64,000 nt of DNA from Polyangiales bacterium. GTDB lineage: Bacteria > Myxococcota_A > Polyangia > Polyangiales > Ga0077539. The stretch lies in NCBI GenBank assembly GCA_041389885.1, contig JAWKRB010000006.1:259101-323100 (forward strand), written 5' to 3'. The translations under genes were made by a program, and so were the position numbers. Below are positions 11,102-20,048 of the stretch, one piece after another. The notes beneath the pieces are model-generated. The model was given only the letters and a program-made list of their open reading frames with translations, was not told where the DNA came from and ran no database searches. Each line of letters starts with the position of its first letter. The first letter of the stretch is position 1.

Positions 11102-12093
11102 CAGCGGGACCGGCCCGCGTTGCGCACCCGGGTCATCCACGCCTCGTCGGAGACGGTGCCGATGAGCCGGCGGCGGGCGCGGTCGAAGAGGCCGTTCCAC
11201 TGGGTGCGCTCGGCGGGGGTGTACTGCACGAGCTGCACCCCGCGGCGGGTGAGCGAGGTGATCGCGTTGCGGTCGTCGCGGTCGACGTTGCGCTGAATGA
11301 GCCCGTTGAACTGCTGGATGACCTCGCGCAGGAGCGTCTGCTGCTCCGCGGGGAGGCCCTGGTAGGCGCGGTTCGAGAGCACGATGCCGCCGACGGAGTA
11401 GCTGTTGGCGCCCTCGGTCATGTGGGTCATGCGCGAAGCCCACTGGAGCGCGACCGCGGCGTAGGGCGGCGCGACGAGCGCGTTGATGCGGTTCGTCTGC
11501 AGCGCGCCGAGCACCTCGGGGAGCGCCAGGGGAACCCCGGTGGCGCCCGCCTCGCGGTAGAACGCCGGGAGGATCACGTCGTCGCGCCAGAGCCAGGGGT
11601 GCGCGCCGGCGAGGTCGCTCGGCGTGCGGATCGGCATGGTCGAGAAGAGCCGGGGCATTCCGCCGACGGCCCAGGAGATCAGCGAGAAGCCGTGAGACGA
11701 GAACTGCTGCTGCACCTCGGTGTCGAGGCTCGCCCTGGCGCGCTCGACCGAGGCCTGGCTGTCGAACATGCCCGGGAGCATGAAGGCCAGCACCGGGCGG
11801 TGGATGTTCCCGAGGCCGATGCCCGTGGCGACCACGCCGTCGAGGCGCCCGGCGCGCACCTTGCGGATCATCTCCGACTCGTCGCCCTGGATGCCGCCCG
11901 CGTAGAAGCGGATCGAGAGCTGCTGGTTCGAGCGGCGCCGGAGCTCGCGGTTCGCAGACTCGAGCCCGCGGATCCAGGTGGAGCCCGCCGGGGCGAGGGT
12001 GCCGATGGAGATCGTTCGCTGCGCCTGCGCCGCGCCGCCGAGCAGCGTGAGGCCAGAGACGAGCGCGAGCAGAGCCTTCGAGGGTGAGCGCAT
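11101..12093 (-). CDS. TRAP transporter solute-binding protein, DctP family (orphan; no DctQ/M adjacent)
   Basis: Signal peptide, then a DctP-like fold signature (RFYAGGIQGDESEMIRKVRAGRLDG...). No membrane-component genes nearby. Confidence 0.6.
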   Translation of the reverse strand: MRSPSKALLALVSGLTLLGGAAQAQRTISIGTLAPAGSTWIRGLESANRELRRRSNQQLSIRFYAGGIQGDESEMIRKVRAGRLDGVVATGIGLGNIHRPVLAFMLPGMFDSQASVERARASLDTEVQQQFSSHGFSLISWAVGGMPRLFSTMPIRTPSDLAGAHPWLWRDDVILPAFYREAGATGVPLALPEVLGALQTNRINALVAPPYAAVALQWASRMTHMTEGANSYSVGGIVLSNRAYQGLPAEQQTLLREVIQQFNGLIQRNVDRDDRNAITSLTRRGVQLVQYTPAERTQWNGLFDRARRRLIGTVSDEAWMTRVRNAGRSR

Positions 12094-12230
12094 GGGACGA
12101 GATCCTTCCTATGATCGTGCCGCGGGCGCAAGGGGCTCGGCCGCGCGTAGGCAGCTGGACGGCCCCGGGGCCCCTCGCATTCATCCCGCGCGTGCGGGCG
12201 GACGGGGTGTCGCGCTACGCTACGCGGCGG

Positions 12231-13496
12231 ATGTCGCCCCCAGAGAACAAGCCCGACGCGGTCGACCCCGACGACGCCGCGCAGAGCCTCGACGAGGTCG
12301 AGGAGCTGCTCAAGCGCATCCCAGGCGCCAAGAGCCTGCTCAAGGAGCTGAAGGAGCTCCGCGCCCTGCTCATCGACCGCCGCGCCCCGCGGGTGGCGTG
12401 CGTGGGCCGTCGCGGCGCGGGGAAGTCCTCGCTCGCGAACGCGCTGCTGGGCGAGGCCGTGCTCGCCGTCGGCCCCGTGGCCGACACCACGACGAAGCCC
12501 GGGTGGGTCGATCTGCGCGTGGCGCAGCGCTCGATGCGGTGGTTCGACACGCCGGGTCTAGGCGTGGGCGACGCCGAGGCGCGACGGCGAGAGGTGGCCC
12601 AGGCGCTTCGCCGCGAGCGCCCCGACGTGCTGATCTTTCTGTGCCGCGCGACGGAGGTCGACGCGGGCATCGACGACGACCTCGACGACCTGATCGAGGT
12701 GCGCCGCGCCACCACCGACGCGCGCGGCGCGCAGGTGCCCCTGGTCGCGGCGGTGACCAAGGTCGACGAGCTCGCGCCGCAGCACCTGCGCGCGCCGCCC
12801 TACGACGCCGACCCCGCCAAGCACGAGAACGTCGACGCCGCGGCCCGGCGGCTGCGAGAGCACCTCGAGCGAAAGGGCCTCGGGCAGGTCAAGGTCGTGC
12901 CCGTCGCGACCTACATGCGCTGGGAGGGCGACGCCCTCGAGGTCGACTGGCGCTGGAACCTCCCGGCCCTCGCCTCGGCGATCTTCTCGAAGCTCCCTGA
13001 GCCCGCGCAGGTCGAGGCCGCCCGCGCGTTCGTCGAGGCGAAGGCGCTGCGTCGGCGCGTCGCCATGCGCTTCGTGGGCACCGCCACCAGCGTCGCGGTG
13101 ATCGTCGGCGCGACGCCGCTGCCCTTCGCGGACGTCACGATCCTGCTGCCGCTGCAGTCGTTCATGCTCACGGCCATCGCCTACTCGTCGGGGCGCCCCG
13201 TCGGCCCGCGCGCGGTGAGCGCCTGGCTCGGCAGCCTCGGGCTCAACGTCGGCGCCGCGCTGGGGATGCGCGAGCTCGTGCGGGCGGTGTTGAAGGTGAT
13301 CCCCGGCGTGGGCGGGGCGCTCTCAGGCGCGGTGGCGGGCACCGGCACCTGGGCCCTCGGCGTCGCCGCGGTGCGCTTCTTCGTCGACGGCCAGACCGCG
13401 GCGCAGTCGCGCCAGGCCTTCGACGAGGCGCTGCGCGAAGGCCCAGACGAAGTCCCTGCGCCGCAGGGAGATCCGCCCGACGAAGGCGGGTCTTGA
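12231..13496 (+). CDS. Era/MMR_HSR1-like P-loop GTPase with C-terminal DUF697-like membrane domain
   Basis: G1 GRRGAGKSS, G2 DTTT, G3 DTPG, G4 TKVD. C-terminal hydrophobic helices (VGTATSVAVIVGATPLPFADVTILLPLQSFMLTAIAY...). ATG at 12231 chosen because it is divergent from the DctP gene. Confidence 0.65.
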   Translation: MSPPENKPDAVDPDDAAQSLDEVEELLKRIPGAKSLLKELKELRALLIDRRAPRVACVGRRGAGKSSLANALLGEAVLAVGPVADTTTKPGWVDLRVAQRSMRWFDTPGLGVGDAEARRREVAQALRRERPDVLIFLCRATEVDAGIDDDLDDLIEVRRATTDARGAQVPLVAAVTKVDELAPQHLRAPPYDADPAKHENVDAAARRLREHLERKGLGQVKVVPVATYMRWEGDALEVDWRWNLPALASAIFSKLPEPAQVEAARAFVEAKALRRRVAMRFVGTATSVAVIVGATPLPFADVTILLPLQSFMLTAIAYSSGRPVGPRAVSAWLGSLGLNVGAALGMRELVRAVLKVIPGVGGALSGAVAGTGTWALGVAAVRFFVDGQTAAQSRQAFDEALREGPDEVPAPQGDPPDEGGS

Positions 13497-14464
13497 GCGC
13501 GTGCCGCGAGGGCGTTCTCGGGGCCCTCGACGAGGTCGAGTCTCAGCTGGGCGAGCTGCCTGAGCTCGCGCGGGCGCGGGTCCGAGCGCGGGCGGGCGGC
13601 GCGGCGGCGCTGGCGGTGCTGGGGCGGCGGGGCGTGGGCAAGAGCAGCCTGCTCAACGCCCTCTCGCCCCGGGAGGTCGCGGCGGTGGGGCACGTCGTCG
13701 ACACCACGCGCGCCGCGAGCGCCCACGAGATCGACGGCGTGCGGGGCCTCCTCTGGGTCGACGGGCCGGGCCTCCGCGGCGCCCTCGAGGCGGTCTCGCC
13801 CGAGGCGGCGCTGGCCCCCTGGGACCCCTTCGCGACCCTCGTGGTGGTCGGGGCGACGGAGGTCGAGACGGGCCGCGAGGACCTGCGCCGCGCCGCGGCG
13901 TACCTCCACGCGCGGCCGAAGCGCCTGCGGCGCTGCGTGATCGTCGTGAACCGGGTCGACGAGCTCGACCCCGTCGACGACTACGCGCCGCCCTTTCGAA
14001 GCCCGAGGAAGGGGATCCACATCGCCGAGGCCTGCGCCCGCGCGCGCCGCGCGCTCGCGCGGGAGGGCGTCGACGCGGTCGAGGTGGTGCCGGTGAGCTC
14101 GGTGCTGGTGCGCGAGGGCGACGCGGTGACCTTCGACGGTCGCTGGAACCTCGAGGCGCTGCGCGCGGTGCTCCGCTCGCTGGCCGACGCCGACGCGGCG
14201 GCGCAGGGCGGCAGGGCGTTGGGGCGAGAGCTCGCGTCGATCGCGCTCCGTTACGCGGAGAGCCGGCGCGAGCTCTCGACGACGCCGACGGCGCCCGAGC
14301 GCGCGCTGGTGTGCGCGCTGTTGGGCGAGGAGCCCGCGCCGGGGGCCCTCGCGCGTCGGGTCTTCGGGGAGCGAGGGGCGTGGGTGCGGGCGGTCGCGAG
14401 CGCCGCGCGACGCGCGGGCGTCGACGCGCTCAGGCAGAGGGGCGTTCAGCGGGCGGGCGCGTAG
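13493..14464 (+). CDS. Paralogous Era-like P-loop GTPase without membrane domain
   Basis: G1 GRRGVGKSS, G3 DGPG, G4 NRVD. Shares the conserved segment VVPV...REGDA..DGRWNLEALRA with the upstream GTPase. TTG/GTG start overlaps the upstream stop. Confidence 0.6.
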   Translation: MSACREGVLGALDEVESQLGELPELARARVRARAGGAAALAVLGRRGVGKSSLLNALSPREVAAVGHVVDTTRAASAHEIDGVRGLLWVDGPGLRGALEAVSPEAALAPWDPFATLVVVGATEVETGREDLRRAAAYLHARPKRLRRCVIVVNRVDELDPVDDYAPPFRSPRKGIHIAEACARARRALAREGVDAVEVVPVSSVLVREGDAVTFDGRWNLEALRAVLRSLADADAAAQGGRALGRELASIALRYAESRRELSTTPTAPERALVCALLGEEPAPGALARRVFGERGAWVRAVASAARRAGVDALRQRGVQRAGA

Positions 14465-15345
14465 GCGCAGCGGACGCCGAGGTCGTAGTCGTGAAACGCG
14501 GGGTGCTGCCCCTCGCGAAAGGTCGTGCGCAGACGCTCGGTCTGGTCGTTGTTCCAGCCGCCGCCCCGGGTGACACGGGCCGAACCCTGCTCGGGGCCGA
14601 GGGGGTCTGACGCGCTGCCGGACGGATAGCTTCGCGCGTACCAGTCGGCGGTCCACTCCCAGACGTTGCCGCTCATGTCGAGCACGCCGAAGGGCGAGGC
14701 GCCCTGAGGAAAGCTCCCGACCGGGGAGGGGCCGACCCCGCGGCAGGAGTTTCCGCTCACGGTCCAGTCCGCGCGCTCGCAGTCGCTCGGCGCGTCTCCC
14801 CCCCAGGGAAAGAGCCGCCCGTCGGTGCCGCGCGCGGCGAACTCCCACTCGGCCTCGGTGGGCAGCCGTCCCCCCGCGAAGCGGCAGTAGCGCTCGCTCT
14901 GGTTCCAGTCGATGCTGGTGACGGGGACGTCTTCGGTGGGGCTCTGCGTGGCCGCGCGGGTGCACGCGCCCGCGGCGACGCAGCGGGTGTACTCGCGCGC
15001 CGAGACCTCGAGGCGGTCGATGCAGTAGTCGCTCAGCGACACCTCGTGCGCCGGTCGCTCGTCGGGCGGCGTGGACGGGTCGGCGGCGCCCATGGTGAAG
15101 GTCCCGCCGGGGATGTAGACCGCGCCGTCGGGGCACCGCGAGAGCGCCGCGGCCAGGGGGCCCTGCGCCGCCGGGGCCGCGTCGGCCGAGGGGGGCCCCG
15201 CGTCCTGGTGCGCGCGGATCGCGAGCCACCGGGGCGTGTCGTCGCGGGGCGCGCGGGGGCGCGCGGGGGGCGTCGCGCGAAAGATGCAGTGCGCGAGGGC
15301 GGCGGCTGCGAGGAGGGCGAGGGGAGCGCTGCGCGGCGCGGGCAT
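14446..15345 (-). CDS. FGE-sulfatase (SUMF1/formylglycine-generating enzyme-like) domain protein, secreted
   Basis: Signal peptide. Motifs GGTFTMG, RLPTEAEWEFAARG, GNVWEWT, RGGSW-like RGGGWNN characteristic of the FGE-sulfatase fold. Confidence 0.7.
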   Translation of the reverse strand: MPAPRSAPLALLAAAALAHCIFRATPPARPRAPRDDTPRWLAIRAHQDAGPPSADAAPAAQGPLAAALSRCPDGAVYIPGGTFTMGAADPSTPPDERPAHEVSLSDYCIDRLEVSAREYTRCVAAGACTRAATQSPTEDVPVTSIDWNQSERYCRFAGGRLPTEAEWEFAARGTDGRLFPWGGDAPSDCERADWTVSGNSCRGVGPSPVGSFPQGASPFGVLDMSGNVWEWTADWYARSYPSGSASDPLGPEQGSARVTRGGGWNNDQTERLRTTFREGQHPAFHDYDLGVRCAYAPAR

Positions 15346-15399
15346 GAGCGGCACTCTAACAGCGAGAGCGCCGCGCGCGTACACTCCCCGTCGCGGGGA

Positions 15400-18300
15400 T
15401 CAGCGGAGCGTGCCGTATCCGAGGATGCGAGACGCGTAGCGCGTGGCGTCGATCAGCCCGACGTAGTTGTGAAAGCGGGTGACCGCCTCGGCGTTGCGCT
15501 GCAGGTCGCGGTTGGCCGGCACCGGCTCGCGGGTGGTCGGGTCGAGCACCACGCGGTAGCTCCCGTCGGGGTTCTGCACCGGCCGACCGGAGAGGTCGAG
15601 CTCCACCTGGTAGGTGTCGCGCATGAGCAGGTTGGCGTGCGCGAGCATGCGCGAGGCGATGCCGCGGTCGGTCTCGACGCCGTCGACGCGGTCGGCCTCG
15701 AAGCGCCGCGCGACGTACACCACGCCGGTCTCGGGGTTGCGAAAGCGCACCCGCTCCTCCTCAGGCACGTCGACGGCCTCGGCGCCGCCCTCGGTCCAGA
15801 TGCGGAGCTTCTGGATCGTGGTGAGGTCCGAGTTGAGGGAGGAGAAGAGCATCGAGTAGACGACCGTCGGGAGCTCCTGGCGGTACCCGATGTTCGGGAA
15901 GAGAACGCGCGAGCCCGAGGGGCGCAGCGGCTCGCCGAAGGGGTCGCTGCGGGTCGGGGTGGTCCAGAGCGGCATGAGCTCGGGGGTGAGCGCGGTGAGG
16001 TTGCCCTCGCCGTCGATGCGCGGCGCCGTGGGCACGTGCATCGCCACCGCGTCCCAGTCCTCGGAGAGGATCCCGCCGAGGAGGCGGTCGTAGGCGCGCG
16101 GCATGTCGTTTCGGAAGTTCAGCTGGAACTCCCGGCCGTCGAGGAAGAGCGAGCGCGAGATGCTCGAGAAGGTCGGCCTCGTGTCGGTCAGCATGATCGC
16201 CGCGAGCGGCTTCTCGGGGTACGAGCCCGCGCGGCGCACGTACGAGTGGTAGTCCCACGAGCCGCCGATGGTGTTGTCGTACTCCTCGCCGATGAAGCGA
16301 CCGTCGCCGATGCTGATCTCAAACTGCGGCTCGTCGCCGGCGTTGTCGGGCACGTCGAAGAGAGGGCGGGTCTCCATCGGGAGCGGGCGGTTCGTCACCA
16401 GCTCGTAGTTGCCCGGCTCGGGTCGGAGCATCACGCCCGCGAAGAAGTCGAAGATCGCCGGGCCCGCCATGAGGTACGGGCGGAGCCAGTTGTCGTCGCG
16501 CGTGAGCCGCTCGTAGAGCCCCGACGAGAAGGCTTGCGAGTAGTACGCCGTGTCGCGGGCGACCGACCAGTGGTAGCCCCGCAGGCGGCGGAAGATCGTG
16601 CGCGCGAGGTAGTACGGGATGTTCATCCGGCCGAACTCGCGCTGGCCGCGGCGGAAGTACATCGACGCGTACGTCAGGTTGTACTTCTGGATCATCGACT
16701 GGGTGACCTCGTACGGGTCGGCCCCCTGGTCGAAGTAGTTGATGTGGGGGTAGCCCGTGGCGATGTCCCACCCCACGCGGTAGCCCCAGCGGAGCACCCC
16801 GCCGCCGGTGCGCGCGTCGCTGCGGGTGCGCCACATCGGGGCCACGCGGTCGGAGGTCGTGCTCGTGGGCGAGCTCTCGAAGTCGGTCATCGCCGCGTGG
16901 TCGCGGGGCGCGAACGAGCAGAGCTGGCCGTCGACGATGCGCCAGCGGTACCGAGCCTTCTCCTGCTCCGTCGCCGGGCGGCAGCGGCCGGGGTCGAACA
17001 CGCGCAGCTGCCGCGCGAGCTCGGTGTAGTGGATCGGGAGCACGCCGGTCTCGTTGAGCACCGGGTCGGTCCACTCGATCTGGTCGAGCTCAGAGAGCTG
17101 CGAGCGGAGCCTCGGCGCGAAGCGCTGCTGGTCCTCCGGCGCGAAGCCCCCGCGGGCGGTGTCGGGCTCCATGGTCTCGATGACGCGGCCGTAGAGCAGC
17201 CCCATCGCGTACACGTCGTACGAGCCGAGCCCCACGGTCTCGCCGAAGCGCTCCCACTGGTACTCCATCGTCGACGTGTTGCCGAAGTAGTTGATGCCCG
17301 CGTGGGGCGCGCTGCCCTCGGCGACGCCCTGCTCCTCGTCGCTGGGCGGGTCGATGTAGCGCGGGCCCATGCAGTTGTCGGCGTTGCGGTCCGCGTTGCG
17401 AATCGGGTTGCAGCTGTTCTGCGTGCAGCTCGGCAGGCAGGTCGAGGCGGCGGCGTTGTTGCGCGTGCGGAGCTGCCAGTACTGCGGGTTGTAGTTCATC
17501 GAGTCGTAGCTCGACGGGGGCATGTGGTAGAGCCCGAGCGAGTGGCCGATCTCGTGGAGCTGAATGCCCTTGTAGGCTTCGGTCAGCAGGTCGTCGTAGA
17601 TGCGCCGGGCGCGCTCCTCTCGGCTGAGCGTGCCGTAGCGCTGCTGAAACCACCGCGCGACGCCGCGCATGTCCTGGCTGCCCACGACCGCCGGTGCGCC
17701 GACGTCCTGGAAGCAGAAGCCGTGCCCCTCGAGGCGCTGCTGGAGCTGGTTGCGGGTGAGCTCCGCGGTGTCAGGGTCCATGCGGCGCAGGGGCGAGACC
17801 TGGTCGAGAAAGCTCGCTGACCGAGCCGCCGAGGGGTCGAAGCCGAGGTTCGAGAGCCAGTGCTCGTCGATCATGTCGGCCTCGATCGAGGTGTTCTGCA
17901 GCTGCGACGCGAGGGCGCGAAACTGCTGCGCGGAGCGGGTCGAGTCGGCCGACACGGGGCGCGCGGAGGCGAGGGCGCGGTCGTGGTTCTCCAGCGCCTG
18001 GCTCGCGTCTCGCGCCGCCGGCGCGCGAACGCCGGTGCTGGACGACAGGTTCGCGAGGTCGATGGCGCGGGCGCGCGCGCCCATCTCGGCGGGGGAGAGG
18101 GCGGGCGCGGCGGCCGCCGCGGGGTTGCGGAGGTTGCGCGCGAAGTTCTGCGCCGCGGCGCCTTCGACGTACTCGCTGACGTCGAGGTCGCCGATCATCA
18201 TCAGCACGTAGTCGCGCTGCTGCGCCGCCGCGAACTCCGCGGAGCGGCCCACGGTGAGCCCGCCGTTGGAGACCACCTCGCCGGTCAGGGGGTCGTAGCC

Positions 18301-19947
18301 CCAGTGGGTGATGCCGCCGAAGGGGGCGCGCGTGCGGCCGTTGACGTAGGTGATGTGGTTGTAGCGAATGTCGCCGAGGCGCGCGCGGTACCCGTCCTCG
18401 CGGCACGCGGGCTTCGGGTCGCTCGGGAGCACCGGGTTGTGACAGAGCACCACCGCCGGGCCGTTCGAGGCCTTCGGCCGCGGGCCGAGAAACGCGCCCA
18501 TCTCCTGCGCCTGCTCGCCCGAGTCGTAGAACTGCGCGTGGCAGGCGTCGCGCTCGCCCCCGGTGCGTCGGCACTCGACCTCTCGCGCGTCGGCGACGGC
18601 GCGCATGATGGCGACGTTCCAGGTGTCGATGATCTCTTCGGAGGGGCCGCGCACGATCGCGCTCGCCGCGTCTGCGGGCGTGACGAGCCTCCGCGCGCCG
18701 CCCTCGACCACGTGGTTCTGGAACTGCGCGGGCATGTCGGGGTTGACGTAGTACGCGATGGGGCGGACGCGGCGCTGACGGTAGGGCAGCGTGCACTTGT
18801 TCATCACCGTGTCGCACTGCGAGCCCGAGACCTGCTCGGCGGTGAAGCCCATGGTCATCGCGGCCTCGCACTGGTCGGCGGTGCCGTTGTTGTTCGCGTC
18901 GGCGTTCTCGGTGCACGACACGAACTGCGGCGGGGCCGTGCCCACGCGGCGCTGCAGGTGCGACTGCTCCCAGATGTTATGGATCATCTGGTAGCGATGA
19001 AAGTTCGAGTCGGTGGTGCCGTAGCCCGGGTCGTAGCCGTTGCGGTCGGCGCGCGGTCCGCCCACGAGGTCGTAGGGCGCGCGGGTCATCTCGAGCGGCT
19101 GAAAGTCACGGTCGACCACGCGGCGAAACGACGTGCGGATGGTCGTCTCTTGCTCGTTGCATGAGTAGACCGGGCCGTTGGCGAAGAAGTTGGCGATGAG
19201 GCAGGTGGGGAGGGGCTCGCCGAAGATGCGCGAGTTCTCCGGGCGCACCAGCCAGCGCGAGGTGATGTCGAAGTAGCCCGAGCTGAGCTCGGAGAGGTTG
19301 TTCGCGTCGGGGCTGCGGGGGTTCTCCTCGGTCCACGCCACGGGGGAGAACGAGAGGTCGCCGAAGACCGAGCCGTACCAGACCCACGCCCAGTCGGGGT
19401 TGGTCACCAGGTTGCGGGACCAGTCGACCCGGATGTACTCGCGGTCGTACCAGCGCCGGTCCGAGACGTTCTCCTCGACGATGTTGAGCTGCTCGCCCGT
19501 CGTCGGGTTGTACGACCGGCGGATGTCGAACTGGCTCTCGATGCGGTACGCGGCGACGATCATCCCGCGGTCGGTGCGCTGCGAGACGCGGGTGGAGCCG
19601 CTGTTCTCCTGCACGAACTCGTAGCTCTTGCGGGCCACGAGGAGGTTCTCTTGAATCTCCCAACGGATGCGGTCGACGTCGTCCCAGGTGCCGACGGGCA
19701 TCAGGGTCTGGTCGCTCGACCCTCCGACCACGTAGTTGTTCACGTAGAACTCGGGGTCGTCGTCGGTGTCGGTGTAGTTCTCACCGACGAAGAAGCGCTT
19801 GGGGAGCGCAGACTCCTGCACGCGGCTGATGGGATCGCGCTCCTGCGCGCAGTCCACTCCGCCGACGGCCAACGCGGCCAGCGCGAGCAGCGGCAGCGCG
19901 CGACGACCCGACGCCACGCGCCCGGGCCTCGACCTACGAGACGACAT
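15400..19947 (-). CDS. Very large (1515 aa) secreted Cys-rich zincin-like protein (HExxH metalloprotease motif)
   Basis: Signal peptide ALPLLALAALAVGG. LHEIGHSLGLYH zinc-binding motif. Many Cys pairs. Continuous GC3-biased frame; antisense ORFs judged artefactual. Confidence 0.6.
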   Translation of the reverse strand: MSSRRSRPGRVASGRRALPLLALAALAVGGVDCAQERDPISRVQESALPKRFFVGENYTDTDDDPEFYVNNYVVGGSSDQTLMPVGTWDDVDRIRWEIQENLLVARKSYEFVQENSGSTRVSQRTDRGMIVAAYRIESQFDIRRSYNPTTGEQLNIVEENVSDRRWYDREYIRVDWSRNLVTNPDWAWVWYGSVFGDLSFSPVAWTEENPRSPDANNLSELSSGYFDITSRWLVRPENSRIFGEPLPTCLIANFFANGPVYSCNEQETTIRTSFRRVVDRDFQPLEMTRAPYDLVGGPRADRNGYDPGYGTTDSNFHRYQMIHNIWEQSHLQRRVGTAPPQFVSCTENADANNNGTADQCEAAMTMGFTAEQVSGSQCDTVMNKCTLPYRQRRVRPIAYYVNPDMPAQFQNHVVEGGARRLVTPADAASAIVRGPSEEIIDTWNVAIMRAVADAREVECRRTGGERDACHAQFYDSGEQAQEMGAFLGPRPKASNGPAVVLCHNPVLPSDPKPACREDGYRARLGDIRYNHITYVNGRTRAPFGGITHWGYDPLTGEVVSNGGLTVGRSAEFAAAQQRDYVLMMIGDLDVSEYVEGAAAQNFARNLRNPAAAAAPALSPAEMGARARAIDLANLSSSTGVRAPAARDASQALENHDRALASARPVSADSTRSAQQFRALASQLQNTSIEADMIDEHWLSNLGFDPSAARSASFLDQVSPLRRMDPDTAELTRNQLQQRLEGHGFCFQDVGAPAVVGSQDMRGVARWFQQRYGTLSREERARRIYDDLLTEAYKGIQLHEIGHSLGLYHMPPSSYDSMNYNPQYWQLRTRNNAAASTCLPSCTQNSCNPIRNADRNADNCMGPRYIDPPSDEEQGVAEGSAPHAGINYFGNTSTMEYQWERFGETVGLGSYDVYAMGLLYGRVIETMEPDTARGGFAPEDQQRFAPRLRSQLSELDQIEWTDPVLNETGVLPIHYTELARQLRVFDPGRCRPATEQEKARYRWRIVDGQLCSFAPRDHAAMTDFESSPTSTTSDRVAPMWRTRSDARTGGGVLRWGYRVGWDIATGYPHINYFDQGADPYEVTQSMIQKYNLTYASMYFRRGQREFGRMNIPYYLARTIFRRLRGYHWSVARDTAYYSQAFSSGLYERLTRDDNWLRPYLMAGPAIFDFFAGVMLRPEPGNYELVTNRPLPMETRPLFDVPDNAGDEPQFEISIGDGRFIGEEYDNTIGGSWDYHSYVRRAGSYPEKPLAAIMLTDTRPTFSSISRSLFLDGREFQLNFRNDMPRAYDRLLGGILSEDWDAVAMHVPTAPRIDGEGNLTALTPELMPLWTTPTRSDPFGEPLRPSGSRVLFPNIGYRQELPTVVYSMLFSSLNSDLTTIQKLRIWTEGGAEAVDVPEEERVRFRNPETGVVYVARRFEADRVDGVETDRGIASRMLAHANLLMRDTYQVELDLSGRPVQNPDGSYRVVLDPTTREPVPANRDLQRNAEAVTRFHNYVGLIDATRYASRILGYGTLR

Positions 19948-20048
19948 TCTCGACCTCCTGAAATGACGGACGGTTCAAACAGGCCGTCGGCGCTGGGGTT
20001 TTCAGCGCCGACGCTTCGCGCGGACCCTACTACGATCCAGCACGGTCG

